A stretch of 64,000 bases of DNA. Source: Paracoccaceae bacterium. GTDB taxonomy: Bacteria; Pseudomonadota; Alphaproteobacteria; Rhodobacterales; Rhodobacteraceae. Numbering within the stretch: the first letter of the stretch is position 1; the number at the start of each line of letters is the position of its first letter. Positions 30,559 through 39,696 of the stretch are shown in pieces. Made by a program: the position numbers and the translations under genes. The notes under the pieces were generated by a model. That model was given only the letters and a program-made list of their open reading frames with translations. It made no database searches and was not told where the DNA came from. The stretch covers positions 70,364 to 134,363 of the forward strand of contig REER01000073.1 in the NCBI GenBank assembly GCA_007694945.1, given 5' to 3'.

Positions 30559-32780
30559 TCGAGCCCGAGGTCGTAGCCGACAGGGCAGTGGTCGCTCAGG
30601 GCCTGCAACAACTCGGACTTGCGGAGCGGCTTGGTCAGCATCGCGTTCATTCCTGCGGCCAGAATGCGATCGATTTCCTCCTGCAGGGCATGGGCGGTAA
30701 CCGCGATGATCGGAACATCGCGCCCCTCGGGCAAGGCGCGGATACGGCGGGTCGCTTCGCGCCCATCCATGCGCGGCATTGAGACATCCATGAACACGAT
30801 ATCGGGCCGCAACTCGGTGAACCTTTCCAGCGCTACATGGCCATCCTCGGCAAAATGCAGATCGAGCGCGATCGGCTTCAGGAAGCGCTCGAAAACCAGG
30901 CGGTTGGTGCGGTTATCTTCGGCATAAAGCACCTGCAGCCGTTTCTTCGGGGTGCGCGGCGTTCGTGCTGGTATTGAGGGGGCTGTTTCCTGCGCCGCTG
31001 GCGGCGTATCGGAAGCGAAGAAACGCACAAAATCACGCCACAGCAACGGCTTGGAAAGCGTTGCGTGCAACAGCCCCGCTTGCAGCGCCGGCTTCGCCTC
31101 ACTCGTGTCCGAACATAGCAAGATGACGGGCGGAGCCGCTGACGCGGTCTGCAATGCGGCCAGAAGCTCGTCTACCGACCCCTCCGACATGTCCTGATCG
31201 ACCAGCACTATATCTGGCTGGATACTGGCGACCCGCCGTAGCGCCACAGCGCGTGTGGTGGCGGTCGAGACTTCGACATTGAGGGCTTGCAGGCGGCGCG
31301 ACAGGATATCGCGGCTGATCAGATGATCGCTGACCAGTAGCATCTTGCCGATCTCGGCGGGCAAGGCCGCGTGGGCGGGAGGTGGCGCAGGCTGATCCAC
31401 GCCCAACTCCAGCGAGACCCCGAAGGAAGAGCCGACACCGGGTTCCGACTCGACCCATATCCGCCCGCCCATCAGTTCGACGATGCGCCGCGTGATCGCC
31501 AGTCCCAGCCCGGTGCCCTCAAAACGGCGATTGGCCTCATGCTCGACCTGGGTGAACTCCGAAAAGACAAGCTTCTGGTTCTCTGCGGAAATGCCGATGC
31601 CGGTATCCTCGACCGTGATCGTGACGCGCTGGACAGAGTCGGTGGCTTCGGCACCGACAGCGCGCACCAGCACATAGCCGCTTTCGGTGAATTTGAGGGC
31701 ATTGCCGACAAGGTTGGTCACGACCTGACGGATGCGCCCGGCGTCACCGATCATGGTCTGGGGCAGGAACATGTCATAGTCGAAGATCAATTCGAGCCGC
31801 TTGGCGCGTGCTGTGGCGGCTAGCAGGGCGAGCACGTCATGCATCGTCTTTTCCAGATCAAAGCTTTCGGGGTGCAGCTCCGTCCGTCCGGCATCCATCC
31901 TGGAAAAATCGAGAATGTCATTGATGATGGTCACCAGCGCCTGCCCGCTGGAGCAGATCGTGTTGACAAAACTCCGCTGCTCGGGGTCGAGCGGGGTTTC
32001 GGCCAGCAGTTCGGTCATGCCTATCACACCGTTCATCGGTGTTCGGATTTCGTGGCTCATATTGGCGAGGAAGGCCGATTTCGCCTTGGCTGCAGCCTCG
32101 GCGCGGGTTTGCGCCTCAATCAGCTCGGCCTGATAGCGCAGGGTCTCGGTGATATTGCTGACCAGTGAGACCATATCGCCATTGGCCACCCGGCGATCAA
32201 CCAGACGGACAGACATGCCATTCCTGAAATGCAGATCCATTGGTGTGATCGAAGCGGAAGTGATGCGGGTGATCATCGATTCCACCCAGGCATCAGGGGG
32301 TGTTCCGTTCAGTTCGACCAGATCCTCATGCGCGCAGATCTCGAGCACGCGGCGATAGCCGATACCCGGTTTCACTTCGGGAAAGGCGCGGAACACAACG
32401 AGATAAGCCTGATTGGCGAGGATCAGGCTGAGGTCGCGGTCAAAGACCGCGAAGCCGTCCGACAAGGTCTCGACCGCCTCGCGCAGGCGCAGATTGGCGA
32501 GATCGACTTCGGAATGCGCGATCTGGAGATCCTGCGCGACCTGCGTGTTGCGCCCTTCCAGCGTCTGGGCATGCGAGCGCATCTGGGCCAGTTCCTCGCG
32601 CTGGGCGATGATCTGGTCCGACAGGCTGAATGCATGCGCCTTCAATTGCGCATTGGCTTGTTGCAACTCGCGTTGCACCTGCTCATAAAGTCGCTCAGCC
32701 CTTAACCGCGCCCTCCGCTCGCGGCTCAGCTTGTCTGTAAACGACATCGAGATTGTCATGCGGAGACAGGCATCCATCAA
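30504..32780 (-). CDS. Hybrid sensor histidine kinase (coiled-coil/PAS-HisKA-HATPase-REC-REC)
   Basis: The H-box is SHEIRTPMNGVIGMTELL. N and G boxes are present (NLVGNALKFT, DTGIGI, GTGLGLAI). The terminal REC reads VLYAEDNRTN...VFMDVSMPRMDG. The exact start is uncertain (Met codons at 32780, 32759 and 32747). The 3' end overlaps yaaA convergently by 55 nt. Confidence 0.85.
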   Translation of the reverse strand: MMDACLRMTISMSFTDKLSRERRARLRAERLYEQVQRELQQANAQLKAHAFSLSDQIIAQREELAQMRSHAQTLEGRNTQVAQDLQIAHSEVDLANLRLREAVETLSDGFAVFDRDLSLILANQAYLVVFRAFPEVKPGIGYRRVLEICAHEDLVELNGTPPDAWVESMITRITSASITPMDLHFRNGMSVRLVDRRVANGDMVSLVSNITETLRYQAELIEAQTRAEAAAKAKSAFLANMSHEIRTPMNGVIGMTELLAETPLDPEQRSFVNTICSSGQALVTIINDILDFSRMDAGRTELHPESFDLEKTMHDVLALLAATARAKRLELIFDYDMFLPQTMIGDAGRIRQVVTNLVGNALKFTESGYVLVRAVGAEATDSVQRVTITVEDTGIGISAENQKLVFSEFTQVEHEANRRFEGTGLGLAITRRIVELMGGRIWVESEPGVGSSFGVSLELGVDQPAPPPAHAALPAEIGKMLLVSDHLISRDILSRRLQALNVEVSTATTRAVALRRVASIQPDIVLVDQDMSEGSVDELLAALQTASAAPPVILLCSDTSEAKPALQAGLLHATLSKPLLWRDFVRFFASDTPPAAQETAPSIPARTPRTPKKRLQVLYAEDNRTNRLVFERFLKPIALDLHFAEDGHVALERFTELRPDIVFMDVSMPRMDGREATRRIRALPEGRDVPIIAVTAHALQEEIDRILAAGMNAMLTKPLRKSELLQALSDHCPVGYDLGLDQLSRKNTGVSGSDSSGV

Positions 32781-32837
32781 ATAGTGTCACCATCGCAGCA
32801 CCACCTGAAGAGACTGTTAACATGGCCGAAAAAGCTG

Positions 32838-32917
32838 CGCCCGCCTGCCTGCACCTCGCGTGACTGTCACGCCCCCTCGCCCGCGCGCCGGTCACGCGAG
32901 GTGCAGGCAGGCGGGCG
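32838..32917 (-). repeat. 27-bp perfect inverted repeat; probable strong terminator of the DUF167 gene or a REP-like element
   Basis: The arms are 32838..32864 (CGCCCGCCTGCCTGCACCTCGCGTGAC) and 32891..32917 (exact reverse complement), separated by 26 nt. On the minus strand the stem is followed by GCAGCTTTTTCGG. Confidence 0.55.
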
Positions 32918-33170
32918 AAGTTCGCGGCAGACGAAAGACCTTGATCCGCCCGGTGGCTCCGTGCACCAAGTCCAGCCGCGAGGGTGCCACGCCAAGCGCC
33001 TTGGCGAGCGTCTTGCGCAGAGCGTCATACGCGCGGCCCTTTTCTGGCGCTTCGGTCACAGCCACGCGCAGCCGCCCCTCCGGGTCGCGCGAGAGGCTTG
33101 GTCGCCAGGCGCGCGGCGTTACATGCAACTGGAAGCTTGCACCCTGTCGGGCGGGGTCGCGCAGGTCCAT
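32892..33170 (-). CDS. DUF167 (YggU/UPF0235) family protein
   Basis: The 92-aa product contains ...LHVTPRA...RLRVAVTEAPEKGRAYDALRKTLAKALGV... The last codons run into one arm of a 27-bp inverted repeat. Confidence 0.6.
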   Translation of the reverse strand: MDLRDPARQGASFQLHVTPRAWRPSLSRDPEGRLRVAVTEAPEKGRAYDALRKTLAKALGVAPSRLDLVHGATGRIKVFRLPRTSPACLHLA

Positions 33171-33248
33171 GCTTTGAACAGTTACCCCTTTCCGAGGCCG
33201 GACGGAAGGATTAGCCTCTCGCTGAATTCAGCAAAAAAGGCGTTTTCG

Positions 33249-33815
33249 ATGCCCGCACAACCGCCCGTGATGGAGTTCCTGCTCAACCGCCGCTCGCGCC
33301 CGGCCAAACTGTTGGCACCGCCAGTGCCCGACCAGGACGAGATCACGCTCCTGCTCACAGCGGCTGCGCGCGTGCCTGATCACGGCAAGCTCGAGCCCTG
33401 GCGTTTCGTCGTTCTGGACCGTGACGCCTGTCAGCGCGTGGGTACCATGGTCGCGACGCGAGGAGCCGAGACCGAGATGGAGCCCGACAAGCTGACGAAA
33501 TCCGTCATAGCCTTTGCCGAGGCGCATCTGATCGTCGTGGTGGTGGCCAGCCCCAAACCTTCGGAAAAGATCCCCAAGATCGAGCAGATCCTATCCGCGG
33601 GCGCAGTCTGCGTTTCGCTGGTCAATGCCGCGCTGGCGAGCGGCTGGGGGGCCAACTGGCTGACTGGTTGGCCGGCTTATGATGAGCAGATCGGCGCGGC
33701 TCTTGGCCTTGCAGCGCAGGAAGGTGTTGCGGGCTTCATCCATCTGGGTACGGCCCGCGCCACTCCGCCGGAGCGTCCGCGCCCCGATGTCGCGGCGCTG
33801 ACAACATGGGCCTAG
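33249..33815 (+). CDS. Nitroreductase family protein
   Basis: Track ORF 32784..33815, trimmed to MPAQPPVMEFLLNRRSRPAKLL; ...PDHGKLEPWRFVV... The upstream part of the long ORF overlaps the DUF167 gene. Confidence 0.75.
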   Translation: MPAQPPVMEFLLNRRSRPAKLLAPPVPDQDEITLLLTAAARVPDHGKLEPWRFVVLDRDACQRVGTMVATRGAETEMEPDKLTKSVIAFAEAHLIVVVVASPKPSEKIPKIEQILSAGAVCVSLVNAALASGWGANWLTGWPAYDEQIGAALGLAAQEGVAGFIHLGTARATPPERPRPDVAALTTWA

Positions 33816-34525
33816 CCTCGATCCGCGTTGCCTGGCTGCTGGAGGTGCAACAGTTCAGGGCAGCCCATTATCGCATGTTGGCCCTGCTGGGTGCCGTTGT
33901 GTCGCTGATACTGCTCTTTGCCTTCTACGCGCTGTTTCTGTCGCTGATCGGTGCGGTGACCGAAGAGGGCCTCGTGCTGTTCGACGGGTCGGAGATCACC
34001 GGGCTGGGCACGTTCTTCACGGGCAAACCACTATTTTACATGATTTTCCTGTCGATGTTTCTGATGGTGCCGGTGGCATCGGTCTTTACCGGGCTGTATC
34101 TGCACGATGTCGCCGATATGGTCGAGGAGGTATACTATCCCCATCTGCCCCGGCCCGAACGCCCCTCTGGATACGACACCTTTCGCCTTACCCTCAATTA
34201 CATCGGCCTGCTGTTGCCCGCCAATATCGTCGCGATGATCATCTTCGGGCTGAGCGGTTTCTTTTGGGGAATGGTATTTTTTTGCGCGCTCAATGGGTGG
34301 CTGCTCGCACGTGAATATGGCGACATAGTCGCGTCCCGCTGCCTCCCCTCTGGTGAGGTGAAGGCCGCACGCAGGCAACATCGGCGCAGTTATGGTCTAT
34401 GCGGTGTGATGCTGGCCATTGGCCTGTCGATACCGCTGGTGAACCTGCTCATGCCGGTGCTTGGTGCAGCGGCTTTCACGCATCTTCACCACCTGTTGAG
34501 CCGCCTGGTCAGCGTCCCCGCGTGA
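33806..34525 (+). CDS. EI24/CysZ-like polytopic membrane protein (tentative)
   Basis: The 239-aa product has several hydrophobic helices. It overlaps the nitroreductase gene by 10 nt. The family call is from memory only. Confidence 0.45.
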   Translation: MGLASIRVAWLLEVQQFRAAHYRMLALLGAVVSLILLFAFYALFLSLIGAVTEEGLVLFDGSEITGLGTFFTGKPLFYMIFLSMFLMVPVASVFTGLYLHDVADMVEEVYYPHLPRPERPSGYDTFRLTLNYIGLLLPANIVAMIIFGLSGFFWGMVFFCALNGWLLAREYGDIVASRCLPSGEVKAARRQHRRSYGLCGVMLAIGLSIPLVNLLMPVLGAAAFTHLHHLLSRLVSVPA

Positions 34526-34775
34526 TGCTCTCGATCATGTCATACGTGATCACCTCGGAGAGGATGATTCCCGCGACGAGGAAAAATGTCGGGGTCGCGA
34601 TGAAGGTGACCAGCTTGATCTTGCGCCACATCTGCACATCTGATGGAGCTGAAGCAGGGGTTCCGGGCACGATCTCGCCGACATCGCCTTGGGTTTTTGG
34701 GCGAAAGGGCAGCACGATGAACATGGTCATGAACCAGATGATGCCGTAAAGCGCGATCGCGGACATGACTGACAT
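34509..34775 (-). CDS. DUF1467 family membrane protein
   Basis: The product contains MSVMSAIALYGIIWFMTMFIVLPF... It sits immediately downstream of the epimerase gene, with a shared base at 34775. Confidence 0.6.
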   Translation of the reverse strand: MSVMSAIALYGIIWFMTMFIVLPFRPKTQGDVGEIVPGTPASAPSDVQMWRKIKLVTFIATPTFFLVAGIILSEVITYDMIESITRGR

Positions 34776-35179
34776 CAGATTTGCTCCAGCTCGACCAGGC
34801 AGCCGTTGAAATCCTTCGGGTGCAGGAACAGCACCGGTTTTCCATGGGCGCCGATCTTGGGTTCGCCATCGCCCAGCACGCGCGCGCCCTCGGACTTGAG
34901 CCGGTCGCGGGCGGCAAGGATATCCTCGACCTCGTAGCAGATATGGTGAATCCCGCCGGCGGGATTCTTCTCCAGAAAGCCCTTGATCGGGCTTGCCTCA
35001 CCCAGCGGGTAGAGCAGTTCGATCTTGGTATTTGGCAGCGTGATGAAGACGACGGTGACACCGTGATCGGGCTCGTCCTGTGGTGCGCCGACATCGGCGC
35101 CCAGCGTGTTGCGATACTGTGCCGCCGCAGCCTCGAGGTCGGGCACGGCAATGGCGACGTGGTTAAGGCGACCGATCAT
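34775..35179 (-). CDS. mce: Methylmalonyl-CoA epimerase (VOC fold)
   Basis: The 134-aa product contains MIGRLNHVAIAVPDLEAAAAQYR...GGIHHICYEV...VLFLHPKDFNGCLVELEQ. Confidence 0.85.
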   Translation of the reverse strand: MIGRLNHVAIAVPDLEAAAAQYRNTLGADVGAPQDEPDHGVTVVFITLPNTKIELLYPLGEASPIKGFLEKNPAGGIHHICYEVEDILAARDRLKSEGARVLGDGEPKIGAHGKPVLFLHPKDFNGCLVELEQI

Positions 35180-35273
35180 TCATGAACTCCCTTGCGATGC
35201 TGGTTCCTGCTTATGAGGGCTTGGTCCGGACATGGCAAGCCTGTCTCCCCTGACTGTGACCCCAGGGCGCAGC

Positions 35274-36386
35274 TCAATAGCCGGTCATCTCGAGATAACC
35301 CCGCCCGCTATGGCTGCCGCTGAAGCGTAGCGGGCCTTCCCAGTAGCTCACCGAGAGATCCATCCAGGCCTTTGGGTTGAGTGGTTCGGTCGTGATCGAG
35401 AGGCCTCCTTCGGGCCAGTCAATCTGCCAGGAGGTTGGCACGACGCGCCCGTTTATGCGGGTCTCTGCCAAGGGCGTGAATTGCAGCGCACCATCGGGCA
35501 AGGGGTTGGGGGTGCCCTCTGGCGTGATCCATGTGCCGGCGGTAAAGGTCTCGCGCCCGCGAAGCTGAAAGCCCATCATCCGGTAGCCGTCATCAAAGCT
35601 GAGTGATACCCAGTCCCAGCCTTGCTGATCGTCGCTGAGTGGCTGGCTGGACCATTCCCGATCGAGCCAGCCCTGGCCGCTCACCTCGACCGGGCCGTCG
35701 GGCAGATGCAGTGTGCCAGTGACAGTGTAGAAAGGTTGCGAGTAGTAGTAGCTTGCCTGCCCCTCGGGCGATTTGACCGAATAGCCCTGATCGCCCTGAA
35801 AAACGAGGGGGCCCTCGGCGGTAAACTCCAGCGTATAGTGAAAATCGGCCCCGCGTGCGTGGACTTCAAGCCGGTCGAGTTCATCTTCGCCCGGCCCGGC
35901 GCGGCTGGTCATGTGCCAGTCGTCGATATGAGCGCGAAACGGGTGGGTCGTGACGCCCGCCTGCCCCACGCCGCCGCGCGCAAAGCGCTCGGCGGCGAAA
36001 TGCTCCGTCGCCGTGGTCAGCCCGGCATGGCCCATCCAGACCTGCGGGCTGTCCCAACCCTCGGCCTCGCGCGGGGCCAGAGCAGAGCGGAAGAGGGTCC
36101 ATTGCACTCCGTAATCCTGGCCGTCCTCGCTTGTGAGGGTGGCGGTCAGATACCACCATTCGATGCGGTATTCGGGGTGCGGGCCATGATCCTCCGGGAA
36201 GCTGAGCGCGCGACCGCGTTCGGGAATAGCGAAGCCTTCGGCATCGGTACCGAGCCCGGCGAAGCCCTGCGCCGAGAGTTGCACCGGCATTGACAGGGAT
36301 AGGACACAGAGCAGCGCGGCGAGGCGGGCGGACGCGAAGCGCCCGCCCGCCTGGAAAAATGTCACCCACGTGCGACGATCTGGCAT
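35274..36386 (-). CDS. Secreted AttH/CrtC-like (hydroxyneurosporene synthase fold, lipocalin-like) protein
   Basis: Track ORF 35274..36566, trimmed to the Met that precedes a signal-like segment (ARLAALLCVLSLSMPVQLSAQG). It contains EDHGPHPEYRIEWWYLTA and WLDREWSSQ. It is the last gene of an ABC operon. Confidence 0.65.
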   Translation of the reverse strand: MPDRRTWVTFFQAGGRFASARLAALLCVLSLSMPVQLSAQGFAGLGTDAEGFAIPERGRALSFPEDHGPHPEYRIEWWYLTATLTSEDGQDYGVQWTLFRSALAPREAEGWDSPQVWMGHAGLTTATEHFAAERFARGGVGQAGVTTHPFRAHIDDWHMTSRAGPGEDELDRLEVHARGADFHYTLEFTAEGPLVFQGDQGYSVKSPEGQASYYYSQPFYTVTGTLHLPDGPVEVSGQGWLDREWSSQPLSDDQQGWDWVSLSFDDGYRMMGFQLRGRETFTAGTWITPEGTPNPLPDGALQFTPLAETRINGRVVPTSWQIDWPEGGLSITTEPLNPKAWMDLSVSYWEGPLRFSGSHSGRGYLEMTGY

Positions 36387-36396
36387 GGCCCCTCCT

Positions 36397-38778
36397 TCAC
36401 CGTTCAGCCGCAAACACCCGCAGAAGTTGCGCGGGCCCGTGGCGCCAGAGCCTGAGTGCGGGCAGGCTTGCGGCGGCCAGAATGGCGAGTGCGGCCCAGA
36501 GACCCAGCCGCGCCCAGTCGTCCGGAAAGATCTGCATCGGCAACCGCCAGCCAAAGGCTTGCACATTTATGACCGCCAGCAGCACCTGCGCCAGCATCAG
36601 CCCCACGGGCAGTGCCAGCAGCATGGTCAGCGCGCCCAGCACCAGTGCACGGGTCAGCTCCAGCCCGGCGAGTTGGCGCGGGGTCAGCCCAAGCGCCCAT
36701 AGAGGGGCCAGTTGCGCAAGCCGCATTCCGGCCAGCGTCACTAGTGCTGCAAAGAGGGCCAGCGCCGCGACTGACAGGGTCAGCACATTGAGCGCGCGGG
36801 TTATCAGGAATGTCCGCTCGAATATGGCGAGCGATATCTCTTTCGCCTGCGCCTGATCAGTGATCTGGGCCGGGCTCAGGCCGAAATCGTCTTGTAGCGC
36901 GGCGATGAGTTCGGTGGCGTTATCCGTTCGGACGGCGAATTGACGGATGGGCGTCTCGGGCCAGACCTCGTTGAAGAGCGGCAGCGCCAGAACGGCCTGC
37001 GCAAGAGGGTTGCCGTAATCCGGATAGGCCCCGAGTACAGGCAGCGACCCGGCTTGCGGGATATCGAGCATATCGCCCGCGAGCAGACCCGCGCGGCGGT
37101 AGAGCTGTTCATTGACCAGCACGCCCTCGCCCGCCGCGAGCCGGTCCCAGACCCCTGGCACAGGATCGATTAGCGGCCAGTTGTCACGGAAAGTGGCGTG
37201 GTCCTTCATCGCATAGATCTGCGCGGGCTGGCTTGCGAGTTGAGCGTCCACGCGCTGCATCGGCAGGATGCCCTCGGTGCGGGGTGTGAGGAAAGCGCGG
37301 AGGGCGCTGGCCTCTTCGGCGCTGCGGGGCATGACATTGACCTCGGCTACCAGCCGCAGGTCGAGCCAGTCGATGAAAGTGGCGCGGAAACTCGCGACCA
37401 TGGTGCCGACGCCGATGTTGGCGGCGAGCGCCAGCATCAGTGCCATGAGCGCGAGCGAGAGGCGCGGTAGGTTCTGGCGGCTGTCGGCCCAGAACCATTC
37501 TGTCAGGGGGCCTCGCGCTGCACGCTCGGCGAGGCGCAACAGCACGGTAAGTACCAGCGGCACTGTCAGCGCTGCCGCGAGCAGCACCGCCGCCAGCAGC
37601 GTAAAACCCGCAACCAAACCTGTGCCGCGCAGTGCGAGGAACATCGCCAGCAGAGCCAGTGCCGCAGCAAGTCCGGTCTGCAGGCGCAGCCCGCGCGCCG
37701 AGGCATGAGCCCAGGCGCGGGGTTGCGCCGGGGCGAGAAGCGGCAGGCGCCAGAGCCGCCAGAGCGCTTGCGCCCCGGCCAGCGCCGTGCCACCCAGCGC
37801 CATCGCGAGCCCCGCCAGCGCCCACAGGGGGTTGAAGGCGAGCGCGCCGGGGACAGGCGCGCCGTAGAGACCGCGCAGCGTGAGCGCGACATCGGGCATC
37901 AGAAGCGTTGCCAGCGCATAGCCGAGCACCAGACCGATGGTCCCGGCGACGAGGGCGAAGACCAGGAGCTCGGCAGCGAGGCAGGCGGTCAGGTGGCGCA
38001 GGGGCAGGCCGAGCGCGCGCAGGGTCCGGAACATGGCCCGGCGCTGCTCGAAGGCGAGGCCGACAGCGGAATGGACGATGAACAGACCGACCGCGAAGGC
38101 CAGCAGGCCGAAGGCTGTGAGGTTGAGGTGGAAGGAGTCGGTTAGCCCTGCCAGCTCTGCCCCTTCTCCGGGCGGGATAAGGCGCAGATCGGGCGTGAGG
38201 GTTTCGAGCGGGCGCAGCCCTTCGGGCTGCGTTTGGCCAAGAGTCAGGGCGGAGAGCTGATCGGTCTCAAGCAGGCGCTGCGCTGTGCCGATATCGACCA
38301 GAACCGTGCCGACAGGCACGGCTTCCGAAGATTGCAGATCGGGTGTGTGCGGACCGATCTCGCGCAGGGTCTGCGGATGGGCGAAACCGTGCCCGGCGAA
38401 GAAGCGGGATAGATCCTCAGCAGCAAGGGCGGGGCCTGCGCCGGGCGGGGCGGTCAGGGGCTCGATACCAATGAGGGTCACACGCGCCTCGCCAAGGGTC
38501 AGGCGCCCTTCGAGTATGGGTGAGACAAGCCAGCCTGCCTGACGTAGGGTCAGGAAATCGGACAGGGAAACCTGACCGGAGCGATGTTCGAGCCGCGCCG
38601 TCTCGCCCTCTGAGAGTAGCGCTTCGGCGGTAGCATAGGCGCTGCGCGCCTCGGTGTTGAGCGCCTGCACTCCGGACCAGAGAGCTGTCGCGAGGGCGAG
38701 GCCCGCAAGCAGCATCGCCAGTTGCAACTTGTTGCGTACCCAGTGCGAGAGCAGGGCAGAAAGGGTCGCACGGATCAT
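36397..38778 (-). CDS. ABC transporter permease with duplicated FtsX domains (AttF/G-like)
   Basis: Track ORF 36397..38964, trimmed to MIRATLSALLSHWVRNKLQ, with AGGAGG 8 nt upstream. The roughly 790-aa product has two blocks of FtsX-type transmembrane helices. Confidence 0.8.
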   Translation of the reverse strand: MIRATLSALLSHWVRNKLQLAMLLAGLALATALWSGVQALNTEARSAYATAEALLSEGETARLEHRSGQVSLSDFLTLRQAGWLVSPILEGRLTLGEARVTLIGIEPLTAPPGAGPALAAEDLSRFFAGHGFAHPQTLREIGPHTPDLQSSEAVPVGTVLVDIGTAQRLLETDQLSALTLGQTQPEGLRPLETLTPDLRLIPPGEGAELAGLTDSFHLNLTAFGLLAFAVGLFIVHSAVGLAFEQRRAMFRTLRALGLPLRHLTACLAAELLVFALVAGTIGLVLGYALATLLMPDVALTLRGLYGAPVPGALAFNPLWALAGLAMALGGTALAGAQALWRLWRLPLLAPAQPRAWAHASARGLRLQTGLAAALALLAMFLALRGTGLVAGFTLLAAVLLAAALTVPLVLTVLLRLAERAARGPLTEWFWADSRQNLPRLSLALMALMLALAANIGVGTMVASFRATFIDWLDLRLVAEVNVMPRSAEEASALRAFLTPRTEGILPMQRVDAQLASQPAQIYAMKDHATFRDNWPLIDPVPGVWDRLAAGEGVLVNEQLYRRAGLLAGDMLDIPQAGSLPVLGAYPDYGNPLAQAVLALPLFNEVWPETPIRQFAVRTDNATELIAALQDDFGLSPAQITDQAQAKEISLAIFERTFLITRALNVLTLSVAALALFAALVTLAGMRLAQLAPLWALGLTPRQLAGLELTRALVLGALTMLLALPVGLMLAQVLLAVINVQAFGWRLPMQIFPDDWARLGLWAALAILAAASLPALRLWRHGPAQLLRVFAAER

Positions 38779-38902
38779 GCGGAGGCCCTCCTGCTGAGCC
38801 CAAAGCGCCCACAAGCGGAGCCCACCCACCCGCCCATGCCCCGCTTGCGGGCGCTGCCCGTGCTGGAGCACGGTCGGGGTGTCATGGGCGGAGCGTGTTG
38901 GG

Positions 38903-39571
38903 TCATGGGGCCTGCTCCAACTGCCCGGCGCGCAGATGGTGTCGCGTGCCGCATCGTGCGGCAAGGCGCGGGGAATGGGTCACGAGCAGGAGCGCGGCGC
39001 CGGTTTCGGCAGTCAGGTCCAGCATCAGGTCGAGCACGCGGTCACCAGTGGCCTCGTCCAGTGCGCCGGTCGGCTCATCCGCGAGCACGAGTGCAGGGCG
39101 GGCCGCGAGGCAGCGCCCGATGGCGACACGTTGCTGCTGGCCGCCGGAAAGTTGCTCGGGGTAGCGGGTCATCAGATCGGCAACACCAAGCCGCTCGGCC
39201 AGGTGGGTGATGAAGCCTGCGTCATGCCGCGCGGCGAGGCGGGCCTGAAAACCAAGATTGGCGGCGACGGTCAGCGAGGGGATCAGGTTGAACTGCTGAA
39301 AGATTAGCCCGACCTGGCCGCGTCGCAAAGCGGCGCGGCCTGCTTCATCCGCGGCCGTCAGGTCACTCTCGCCGATCAGCACCCGGCCAGCATCTGCCAG
39401 TTCGAGTCCCGCTGCGATATGCAGAAGCGTCGATTTGCCGCTGCCGCTTTCACCGGTCAGCGCATGCGCACTGCCTTGCGGGACTGTGAGCGAGACCCCG
39501 CGCAGCACTTCGACGCGGCCTTCGGCGCTGGGGAAGCTCTTGGAGACGGAAACAAGCGTGAGGGCGTTCAT
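38903..39571 (-). CDS. ABC transporter ATP-binding protein (LolD/MacB-type)
   Basis: It has Walker A (GESGSGKST), the signature LSGGQQQR and Walker B (LVLADEPTGALD). Confidence 0.9.
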   Translation of the reverse strand: MNALTLVSVSKSFPSAEGRVEVLRGVSLTVPQGSAHALTGESGSGKSTLLHIAAGLELADAGRVLIGESDLTAADEAGRAALRRGQVGLIFQQFNLIPSLTVAANLGFQARLAARHDAGFITHLAERLGVADLMTRYPEQLSGGQQQRVAIGRCLAARPALVLADEPTGALDEATGDRVLDLMLDLTAETGAALLLVTHSPRLAARCGTRHHLRAGQLEQAP

Positions 39572-39696
39572 TCAGCGGCACTTCGTGACGAGGCTGTGCG
39601 GGCGCGCACAGCCTGTGTGGGAGCAAGGGCATTGGGTTTCAGGCATGGTGCCCCATATGTCAGCTAAGCCGAGACTTGCGCAAGGAGGCTAGCGTG

